Origin: Raillietiella orientalis
Lineage: Eukaryota
DNA length: 64,000 nucleotides
Assembly (NCBI GenBank): GCA_036172245.1
Contig: JAYWIR010000048.1
Location: 434,001-498,000, forward strand
Reading direction: 5' to 3'
The notes below the pieces were generated by a model that worked only from the letters and a program-made list of their open reading frames with translations, was not told the DNA's origin and searched no databases. Position numbers and translations under genes: made by a program. This document shows positions 50,256 through 61,300 of this stretch, one piece after another. How positions within the stretch are numbered: the first letter of the stretch is position 1; each line of letters starts with the position of its first letter.

Positions 50256-51525
50256 GCGCGATTTGTCGACACAGTTGTTGCCATTGTACCATTTGGTGTT
50301 GTGGTTGATCAATAAACTCACTCCACCGCTTGTCGGGCGTGGAGAGAAACGGCTTACCACAACGGACGAAGAAGGATGCCCGGACAATGCCAGGGAAAGA
50401 TGAGTTTGTCAGAGACCGGGTTATCGATAACGGAACAAAGGCTCGCCTTTGCTTTTGTGGGCAGACACGGCGAAACGGACCGACGGATCGAAAATGATGA
50501 GGGGAGAAAGCTCCGGAGTCTGCTGCTCTGATCTGTGGAGCGATTAAATTCAGAATCCTTGCGTTCCCAAAAGGCACGAACGCTTAATTTTTCGTCAGAT
50601 GCTCCCCAATTGATCCCTGGACTGCCCGATGATTTGTCCTGCTTAAAGCAAATGGCTCCTTCCTGGAAGGCTTGACAGCATGTCCCGGTTGAAGGAACGC
50701 TTCAGGAGTGCATTCCCATTTGGCGGCGCAGAATAGTAATCAGCTGCCGCTTATTCAGGTTCTGAAACTATAACGGAGCAGTCAAGAGAAAACTGATAAA
50801 GTCCATTCCCTGCAGGAAAAAATCGGATCCATACAGCAGCTCAAGCTGCATTCTTCATAGTTCATTGAGATTTTCCAGTCGAGTCCCCCTCGTTTCTCCT
50901 TCATTTCATTCATTTGTTTCATATTTTTCATCGATGTTTTAATTATCCTCACATATAGCTTTTTTTTTTTGGTTTTGTTTCAGATGAGCAGCAAGACTGA
51001 TGGTGCTTCTACTTTTGAGGAAAAAATTCATTTGTCCTCACAAGGGAAAGCGCTCCCTCTGCGACGTGCTGCGTTTTTCGCCGGGAGCTGTTGCGCATGT
51101 TTTTTTCCCTTCCATCCCGGAATCGGCTGCCGTATCACCCTCCTTTCTTCCTCCTCCTCTTATCCTTTTCGATCTCGCTTGATCCCAAATACCGCAAATC
51201 ATGTGCATTTACAGGACCACTGTTCCCGACCATCCCCGATGCTCAGCGTGCTCCGCACTGGCTTTGTGCTACCGAAGAATGTGAATTCTTTTGTGTGTTC
51301 TCTCGAGTGTGTCGCTCCGTGCGACCAAGGAGGAAGTTTTCCTTCCCCTACCAAAACCGCTCGCTTGGGTTGGTCCTACGCGTCTTTGCCACCGTTTCTG
51401 CAGGTGCAACTCCTCAATTCGACACCCGACAGTCCCGAAGTTCATCTGCACATCTTTGCTAATTACGTATTATCATTGCTTGAGGACCACCAAGTGACAG
51501 AGCGTCGATTTCCGTTAAGCAGGAC

Positions 51526-51922
51526 GCGCATTTCGAAAGTGAGAACCGATCGGATATATAGAAAGAACACATAAGAGAAACGAAAATGCATGGGTGGTTC
51601 GAAACCCATACGCCCCCACGTCAGTTTCCGAGTAGTCACCATTTTTTTTCCCAAACGCTTTTGATATCCCTGGAAGAAGCTTTTTGAAGCCCTCTGCGTA
51701 AAATTGCGCCCTCTGGGGGTTCGGTCAGCTCAGCAGCACTGCGGTTTTCAACTCCTCCTCACCCTCCCCACGATTGGTAGAGCCACTTCTGGAGGTGCAG
51801 GAAGGGAGACGTGGTGGCCATTGGGCACGCGGTCAGGGCAGGGTAATGCAAAAGTTCCCGTTTGAATTTCCGAATTGTCTGGGACGTGGGGACAGCAGTG
51901 TGTGGGACCAAAAGGGTGCGCT
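51526..51922 (+). repeat. Left arm of ~380-bp inverted repeat
   Basis: Reverse complement of 52674-53051; the ORF track shows near-identical peptides (KKMVTTRK.TWGRMGFEPPMHFRFSY) on opposite strands. Confidence 0.95.
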
Positions 51923-52672
51923 TTTGGTGGACCTTATGGCAACCATCAGTTGGCCATCACTCTCCTCCGAGACACTTTCCAAACTGCTGCTTGCCATTCA
52001 GCACCGACGGCGTGGGATGCTGAGATCAGCAACGGTTCTTCTCCTTCACGACAGCACGAGCCTTTTACAGTTCGGGGAGTTTTCTCCTCGAACTGTAAAA
52101 GGTGCGGTGCAGCAGAAACGCAACCGCACCTTCTTTTCGACTGCGGTGTCCTCCAAGGACTGTGGCGGAGGCTGGCTTCAGATCTCCTGCGCCAGGGGGA
52201 CACCGCAAGAATTTTGATGCGCCGCTTCTTCACGCCAGGTGGCCTATCGTTAGGTGCGGTGGTCGCAACGGTCTGTTGCACCCGCGCCATCGACAAGGCC
52301 CACCGACGGCTGGAGTCGCAGGCGATTCTTCGAGAGGTCACCGGACTAGCCGACGACAACATGACGACGGTTGCCAGGTGGCCTCATCTTTCACAAGACG
52401 TCAGGAAGGAGATCTCCGGCATCCAAAGTCGGTTCTGAAAAGAAGAAACAGTTGAAGTTGGGATCCCTGTCCCCAGCTTCCCCCAACCCCTCCCCTATCT
52501 TTTTTTATATTTTCTATATATTAATCGTGGTTCCTCCTTCCCGTTCCGGACTTTCGGTTGTACCGACCTTCGTGTCGGGGAGCCCTCTCTTCGTTTTTCT
52601 GCACCCTTTGTCCGGGAACAGAGTTCCCGGATAGTTAAGTAATAAACGCCTCGGCGCACCCGGGTAATAAAC
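51650..52672 (+). mobile_element. Internally deleted LINE (ORF1 start joined to ORF2 zinc finger and 3'UTR)
   Basis: VMQKFPFEFP (ORF1-like), then NCKRCGAAETQPHLLFDCGVLQGLWRRLA, pyrimidine-rich UTR, AATAAA-CGCCTCGGCGCACCCGGGT-AATAAA end at 52641-52671. Confidence 0.75.
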
Positions 52673-52673
52673 A

Positions 52674-53051
52674 ACGCGCTCCTTGGCAACACATGCTTCC
52701 GTACATTCCAGACAATTCGAATGGGAACTTTTTCATCACCCTGTCCTGTCCGCGTGCCCAATGGCCACCACGTCTCCCTTCCTGCACCTCCAGAAGTGGC
52801 TCAACCAATCGAGTGGAGGGTGCGGAGGAGTTGAAAACCGCAGTGCTGCTGACCGAACTCCGAGGCGGCAGAATTTTACGCAGAGGGCTTCAGAAAGCTT
52901 CTTCCAGGGGTATCAGAAGCGTTTGGGAAAAAAAATGGTGACTACTCGGAAAATGACGTGGGGGCGTATGGGTTTCGAACCACCCATGCATTTTCGTTTC
53001 TCTTATGTGTTCTTTCTATATATCCGATCGGCTCTTAGTTTTGAGATGAGC
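52674..53051 (-). repeat. Right arm of ~380-bp inverted repeat
   Basis: Reverse complement of 51526-51922. Confidence 0.95.
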
Positions 53052-56000
53052 TTCGTATTTCCTTCTTCTGAATTTATTTGCTTTTGCCGCTGCTTTTGGT
53101 ATATGTGTGCTAATAATGGCGAGTTTCCAAGTGCCTTAATCGTAGGGCGAGGTGCAAATCCATTACTGCGGTAATTACTGCAAGAGCGGCCACGGTCGTA
53201 ACTGCATCTGTATAGTTCAGCCAATCCTTTCTGCTCTTCAGCTATCGGATAAGCTTCTCAAGATTCCGGAACATCGATATTTAATTTGTTATTTTAGGAG
53301 ACCACAGTCCGAGGGGGAAGAAAGCCTCTTTTTTTTTCGTCTTCCCGCCGAGAAAATGGGAACCCGTTGCCGGCACCACAAAGGGTCGACAGGAGTAAAA
53401 ATGAATTATCATGCACGAAAAGGAAAGCACGCAAGCCGAGTGGATTCGCCGATGTGATATCGGAATTGCAGAAGCGCTGTCAGTCAGTCTTCTGAGAAGA
53501 AAACATTGATAAGGGAGGAGACGTGCAGCAGCACGATGAATTTCTGCCGGGGATACCGGGAACCGGTCGGAAAATGCGGTTAGCTGCCACTGAAGGAACT
53601 TTGAAACGGGAACGTGGATGCCAGTTCGATGGAAATACCTCATTTAGAGGTCGAGTGCCGCTCGTTTGCAGTGGGACCGCTGGTGGCCACTGAGTCCCAC
53701 CTAGCCACGCTGGCACCTGAGCTTCCAGCACACCAGCATCATGAAAAATTGAGGAACACAAAGCAAAGCCAACGACAGAATTTCGGGGACAGGAAGCTCT
53801 TCAGCAGTTCGCCTCGCGGAGAAATCTTTCCGTGCCTACCCCTTTCCCAGCCTGACTAGGGGAAGGGGTCTCCAATTCGCCAAGTGGCAGTGCTCGCGGA
53901 AACCTTCTGTGACATCAGGTCTTACGGTTCAGACCAGGCCGGATTCTGCGAAGAGTTTACGAGGATACTTTCTGCAACTCGAGAGGCGCAAACTGTATCA
54001 GTCCCCCGTTTGGGTATTGCGGATGTGACTTTTTAAGAGCTGCTAAGCAAATTCACCTGATCAGGGTTCCCTATTTTTTTCACGGGATGGAGTACGCATA
54101 GATGTGCTGACTGATATCGATGTCGTTCCTCTATTACTACCCGTGGGTACACATTTGGAGGATGATTTGAGAGTCAGTGGACGGTTGGTGCACTGACCGT
54201 CCATGTCATTTTTGCATACGGTTTGCGACGACGGCTGCTCCTAAAGATGCCTTCGGAAAGTTCAACGGAGGGCTTCAGGATTCTGGTGCTCTGGAAAAAC
54301 TGACGTCACAGGAGGATCGCTAGAACGCTTCCTTGCCGGACAGTCTCACTGGGGTTCTCGGTTCTTGGAGAGAATCGAATTCCAGAAAAACAGTATCAAG
54401 CATGTTTCGTTTCAGCCGAATCTCAAGCGTTCCGGCCCTAAACTGAAGAAGAAATGAGTGTGGCCTCAGATTCTGCTATCTCTGGAAGCAAAGATTCCTC
54501 AAAGGAAGAAATCGATGGCGAAGAAACCACTTTAAATCTAATTTCAACTTATTTGCGACGCTGTCGCCTCAAATGCGAATGATTTCCGAAAGTGATAGCT
54601 AAATCGATTGAAATGCCCAAATACTTTTGGATCGGCTTTTGAATGCATCCTAAAAAGGGAAAAGTTTTTTTTTTCTTAATCCATATATCGAATTCCAATA
54701 TTAATCGAAAATTAAAGCCCGTGGTCTGGCTCCGGAAAAGATGACGGCGTATCGGCTGTACCTAATGGTGTATTATGTCTTATCAAGACTCTGACCAAGA
54801 AATATTGAAGTTGCAGAAGCAGAGACATTCAGAAAGAATTTATCAGGATTTCAAGCGGAGAGCCCTCGTGATAAAGTTTTACAGGACATCCGAATGAACT
54901 GCATCCGGAAGGTTGACTGAAGATACCGGGTGTCGTAAGTATTTGCCTCCACCGAATTTTTCAGGAGTTAAACAAAGCAAACCACGCCGGGTTACCAAAA
55001 GCCACGGAGACCCCGTGTGCTGCCCACAACTGACCGAAGGAGCTGAAAATCTGTTGAGATATGTTGAGGGGAGGGGGAGCAGGCCGTTTTATCTGGCCGT
55101 GTCTTCGTCATTATGGGAGACGAAAGTCACTGCAAGTTTGGGTTGTTCTTGCTTACGGTTTGATCAGTCGCTCCTTGGGGGGTATCTTCTCCAGCCTCCT
55201 AGAAGGCAGCAAGCAACTTCCCAGAATGGCGATTCCCTCACTGAGATTCTCATCAGTGCGATCCTCCTCCTCCAATTTGCTCCCTAATCGAAGCAAGCAC
55301 CATTATGATTTCATGCTGCTACCGTGGCTATTATGTAGCATAGCTTTCATGTGTCAGTTGATCTTAATGTGAAAACTTGGAAAAGAGATGATGACTTCAC
55401 TCCGTGTCAGCACCTCTCTTGACGCTCGAAGCATTTCAGAACTACTTGGGAAACTGGTAGCGGTTCTCTTGGACGAATTCGACGGACGCATTGACGGGGA
55501 GTGGTTGTTGGATCCCTCAGTTGTAGTCCTCACTATGGATGAGCTGCATCTCGCCTACCCATCAGTTTTTCTTCTCTATCTTAATCTTCAGTCCTGATTC
55601 CGCTAACTCCTGATTCCTCTGACTTTGATGGAATCACCGGTTTCCTTCCGACCTATCCTAGAAGAAACCCACATTTCCCATTTTCCGGTCCCCATCTTCA
55701 GGATACCCGGAGAACGACACGCCAACTCATGTCGCCTGTTGCTGGCATGCGGATACAAGGAGCCCCCTGCACTTTGGGAGTTTCAAGTTAAAGCTCCCTT
55801 CATATGGGTCCTTGAGTCGTAGGAGCAGAGGTCGTGGATCACATTGCGCCTCATCTCTCGGACCTGCACCCAGTTTCTCATCCGCCGAAAGTCATTGAAT
55901 TCGTAAGCACGGGAGACTTTTTTGTGGCTGCAGCCTGCCTTTGTTTTGTACAATGTACCGGCGATCGCCTATTCGTTTCCATGTTCTCTCCCCAAAACAT

Positions 56001-56699
56001 CTGGACCCTAGAACCCTAATGATCTTTCAATGATGAAGGGAGAGGATCGTGAGGCATCACAGAAGTTGCGCGCGTCTCTTCCGGTATTGATTTGACCACG
56101 GGACGAACTTTCGACCACTCCTTCTCGCCTTAAAGTGCAGCTCTTGTCGCGGTCCCTATCTTCTCACCCTCCGAACGTTTTCTCCAGTCCAAAAATCCCA
56201 AGAAAGCACTGAAGCCTCTCGCAGTCATCCCCCTCCTTCCCTCCACTAGTGGAGGGAAGGAGGGGCAGATAACTTTGAATCGACGAACACCGGGTGTAGA
56301 TGTCAGTTGACACGAGGCGACTTTCTGTGCGAGGAAGGAAAAGAATCGGCTGCGTGCTTTCTTCTCGAATCTCCTCTCTTTCTGGAGGTCGGCAACGTTT
56401 CTCATCGATCTGTCCGTCAGCGAGACTGCCCGAAAGGGCGCCAGCTCCGGGAATGCACTTAATTTGGCTTCACTCTTCACAGAGCTGCAGACTTCCTCGG
56501 GCGCATAAGTGGGTCCCTCACAAGAACGAACTTTTCCCACTGCACAAATTTGGATTTTCCCCCCACCCACCCTCTGATCCGACGCAGCAAAGATAGAGAT
56601 GTAGACCCTGCTCTGTAGAGAAAGCAGGACAGTACAGGCAATAAGCTCGAAATTATCCCGGGGGGGAGGGGGCAAAGAACTTGCAATTGAATCTTTCTT

Positions 56700-58320
56700 G
56701 CAACGCCCGCCCGCGTCACTGTCTACCAGTGACCCCGGGGCGTTTATTATGCGAAAAGAAACACAAACAAAGCAGCACGTCGGTCCCACGAAACCTTCGG
56801 AGTTCATGACGGGGGGCTGAACCACCGATCCGAGGGTCGGCAACACACAAAGATAGGAAGAGTCGGGGAAGAAGGGAACGAAAAGTAAATAAATAAGGAG
56901 AGAGAGGAGAAGACATCTCAATTCACACCTCCTGTGCCCTTTGCAGCCTGCCTGGGATGCAGGCGGCATCCTCCTTCACTCGTTGCTGCAGATGAGATTC
57001 CTCCACATCTCTCATCGCTTAAAAAGCGAGGTGTATCGTCTTCGGTCTTTGCTGGATTGCCTCCTCTGCGAGCCGCGACACCATGGTCTTCCTCGAGCAG
57101 CACAGGGTGAGGCTACGGGGCTGCAGGACACAGACCGGTCACGCTTGAAGCAGCTCCTTAGGAGATTTTCCCCAGGACGAAGCCGGGAGGTCGCGAGATG
57201 TCCCCAAACTCCCCGAAAGGCCACCATCTGGCGCAGTTCGGCATCCTCTCGTCGGATAATGTCGGCTCTGATTGCTCAGGAATCCTCAGTCCTGCTACTT
57301 GAGGAAGAGCAGGGAACTGCCTACTGATTATGGGTTCATGACGAGGTCTGAGGGTAGGACGTTTCGCCCACCGGGAGAGTCCTTTCGAGAGGGTACTCTC
57401 ATCAGCCAGCTGGTCTTTCGACCACTCCCTTAGAGGTGAGGCCCGAGTCTCCGCCAGCAGCCGGGACTCCGAGAGACTGCGTGATCCACGTCGTCTGGAG
57501 CCCTATCACCGCTGTTTTTGGCCGCCGCCAGAAAAGCCTCTCCAGATGGTCATCTCCTTGAGCTCCACAAGACGTCGAGCGTCCGCGTGCTGGAAGAGGG
57601 CGCGAGCACGCCGAAGAGCACTGCTGTTTCGCACCGACTCCCGGAATCCACACTGGAGCAGGCACAAGGTGAGCAGGACGGCAGACTTCCAGGACTGGAC
57701 GCTTCAGCTGACCCCAGTCCTTCAGCTTTTGTGCGGCGGACGCACGCATGAACTGGTGGAGGTGCTTCTCCGCCTGAGGCTAACTGGGTCAGGCGAGAGG
57801 AGCACGAACTCCAGCCTGGGATGTCTGGAAGAGTGGATGGAGCCTTTCCTCTCCTTCCCTGTGATTGATAACTCACCTAGGAGGCTCGTGGTTGCTTCAT
57901 GGAAGCACGGGATTTCTCAGCCTCCCGGTTGGCAACCACCGTTTCTCTCTAATAGGGCGAGCTCGTCTACATCACTGTACGAGAAAAACGGTGACCTTAG
58001 CAAACCATATGCGGAGAAGTGGAATCCGTCTTGCGCGAGCTTGTGGATTGTGTTGTCCTCCGACGCTTGTGGGGGTCTTGCAGCGGTTCTGCTACCGCCG
58101 GTGCACAACCCTAGAGATGGGTCAAGGGTCAGCGGTTTTCTGCTGCCTCCTCGGCATGGTCGCGGCACGAAGCGCCGTCGAAGGAGGGCGGTACAATATC
58201 GGCACCATCCGCCTGATGACCCCCCTCTTGAGGAGGGTGAGGAAGCGGCTCCACCTGGTGGATTTAAGAGGAGAACCATCCAGAATTATGCGTAGGATGC
58301 AGAGGATTCCAGGGAAATAC
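56700..58320 (-). mobile_element. L1/Tx1-like LINE ORF2 remnant (RT to 3' end, internally deleted)
   Basis: KRGVIRRMVPILY (degenerate RGVRQG..P.LY), KLKDWGQL, LFWRR...GGDSGL, FRGVWGHLA, T-rich UTR, terminal AATAAACGCCCCGGGGTCACTGG. Confidence 0.7.
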
Positions 58321-61300
58321 CGTTGGCCCTTTCTACCTTCACCGTCCTTCCCCCCTCCGTCCACAAGAAAAACCAATGGATCTCTGCATTTGGCTCCCCT
58401 TTCGTCTTTCTCCGAGGACCAGCTTATCCAGAATTCTTCAGAGTTTGGCAAGACCTAGTGCCCTACTCTGCACGCTTTTCCTTATTAACTTTTTGCATGC
58501 TTATTGTGGGCAGTTACAATGGCATCCCGGCGTAGCTGTGTTCCATAAGATGCACACAAGTGTAGAATGAAGATACAGCAAGAGTGTTTCTGTATACAGG
58601 GGAGATCCCGTGCAGGATGCCCGACGGAAGAGTGTGTGAATCATTAGCCATCTGCAAGATTCAGAGACGTTGGCGAGTGAGCAATAGGAGGATTCATTTA
58701 TTAGTTGATCCTTTTCAAAAGAATCAAAGAAACATACGGAGAATTACGGTACAGGAAAAGAGAATTCACCAAAGACACGGATGAGTTCGAGAAAACGACC
58801 GGAACCTTGGAGGAGTAGTCATTTACAACGAACGAAGAAGCGAAGCACATAAAAAGAAGCTAGCAGTGCCGAAACCAGCGCCCTAGGCAAAAAGACTCCT
58901 ATAGAAAACAAAGCTACTGTCTGACCTTCAGGACAATCTTCGAGGACTCTTCTGGCAAGGAGCTTAGTGAAGAGAAAAGTTCAAGTGTGATTCCAGAATC
59001 TAGAAGAAGAATTATGAGCAGGCTGAATTGAAGTGATGACCAAAGGCCATCTTCTTCATGGTTGACTCTGGACAGGTGCATAAACAAGATCACACACGCT
59101 CCAAGAAAGTCTGAATCAGAAACATCGCGAAGATCTTTCGAGGAAGATGGCTCCGTTCCAAGGTACAATTCCCGAACCTTCTTTGTCAACAGTAGTACTA
59201 ATAAGATCTTACTCAAAGACAGATGAGAAACAGCACACGACATCGAAGATGGCCTCGAAAGAAGAGAAACAGATGCAAATGTGAAGACCTCCCGATGGCA
59301 ACGTTTCAGTATCTGCTTCACAGAATCATAAGTTCCGGACGCCATGGAGCTGTAAGTGAAATCCTTAAAAAATCCTTAAAAAAGAAGTGATGACGCTCGC
59401 GTGAACGTCTCATGGTGTGAACGGATCTTTCTTCGATGCAAACTGGAAATGCTGAGAAATAAAACAACCTGTTGTTTGCGCATCAGTAGAAAAGTGCAAA
59501 CGTTTGGGGCTTTGGAGTTTTTCTAAAGGGTTTAACGCGGAAGAGGACGTCTCACTTTTCCTGCCATTCGAACTCGGAACTCCCATCCCTTTTTCTCCAT
59601 TTTTAGTGCGGTGCAAGATAGCTTCACGATTTTGGACTCCAGCTTCCTTTTCTCTGGGATCTGCAACAGGATGCAACAAGAAACGCTTTGGCAACGCCAG
59701 TTCTTGTGGGAGTGGCCCATAGTGTGGGCGGGACTAAGCGTGCGATCTGGAAACGGCTACAGAGGAATACGGCCCAAGAGCATGTGATGACACGATTAAA
59801 AAGACAAGAAAATTGAAGCATCCCAGAATTTCAATGTCATTGGAATTATTCATCAGGACCTTTGAGAATTTCGCCCTGTAGGTGCTCCGAACGCTGAGTC
59901 AGGACCGCAATGATTTGGTACGAACGCGGAAGTGAGCAACCGCAACTCGCAGGAATTCCTTCCTGGGGCAGATGCAACAGTTTCTCAATGTGGCTGTTCT
60001 CGCGTTGCGAACACCCCGGGATGCAGGCCCGTCTGGGTCGTCTGGGCTATCTCGGGTGATCTGCGTGTCAGCACTGCCGTACGCTATTGATCGGAAGGCG
60101 TGCATGCATGTCAGAGCAGGAGAAACAACGGATGCTGACGTTGTCTCGTATTGTGCTGGAGATGAATATTCTAATTTCGGTGATAACCGAACTATCACGG
60201 AAACACGTTAGACCTATCCGGTACGTGTCGTCACGACAGGGACTGCGGAGAGTTTCGTAGAGGACAAGCGTACAGCTTGGTCTGATAAAGCACGCACACC
60301 TGTAATGGCTATCCTGTAAAATTAATTGGTCAGATCGAATTTTCGGTGACCTACTTGGCCTTGTAGAGGAATTTCGATGCGCTTCGCGGATGAGTGCCTT
60401 TCATGTGCACGCTTTTGGTCTTCTTAGGGTGTTTACAGTGAATCAGCTCAAAACAATGCGGAGTTCTCCTTTGGTAGCATTCAAGAGTGAGATATTAGAA
60501 TTGCTGTCGAATGGAAGATTCGCAATTGCTCCTGAGGGGACCCGTAGAGAGAGATTCAGAACTGATCCGTGATAAGCACCGGTCATTCAGGATGTTTTTT
60601 CAGTTTCATGTTTTGAGAGATATATCGAGGAAGATAATGGGGAGTTGAACCGCCTTAAGAAACGATAAAATTGCGATCCGATACAGAAGAGTACTGATGC
60701 ATCAGTTTCTGTCGGAAACCTTTGCTCATGTATAGATGAGCTGACAGTGGTCAGGAGGTTCATTCTATGCTTTTAATAAATATGGGGCTATTAAACCGTG
60801 ATTTTTCAAGCCTATGATCCCCATTCAAAAATGCCTTTCTTATTTCTAATTTCCAACGCCCTTCCCCAAAATTCCTTCGGGGGATGCAACGCCACCAATG
60901 TCCATCGCCGATTTCGAGACGCCCCCAAGTCTCAACAGTGGTGTTCAGGAATTATCCCATCGCCATTCTTGTTGCACTTTCATAAAAGAATGGCAGCTAT
61001 GGTGATTAGCTTTTCATCGCACCCATTTCTAAACCGGAGCAGCCGTCATACGAGCTGTCCAGAACGCACCCGAGAATCTCCAGAGGATTCGAAGTCCTGC
61101 TGCATTAGGGCATGGCTTGGAGACATAGGGTAGTGATCTGCAGGAGTCGATTGGAATTTGTAGCTTCTGAGATCACTAGCGCGTTGCTAACAAGCATCTG
61201 CGTAAAACAAACGCGTTCTCCAATGAGGAGCTCATCCATGTTTCTCTCATGGAGAGGAAGAGAAAACGCGCGGGGAGCGAATTCCTCACGTGTTCTCGGA

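Noticed and set aside
49151..50387. Longest ORFs in the track (296 aa +, 344 aa -) as genes
   Set aside because: They are off-frame or antisense readings of a LINE ORF2 fragment; the meaningful frame is 49542-49829 and onward.
50950..51480. Possible exons following polypyrimidine-AG acceptors (also ~48262 on minus)
   Set aside because: No consistent donor sites or recognisable protein, so a gene model cannot be supported.
56130..56969. 279-aa minus-strand ORF with a hydrophobic N-terminus
   Set aside because: It runs through a T-rich LINE 3'UTR and flank, with no recognisable domain.
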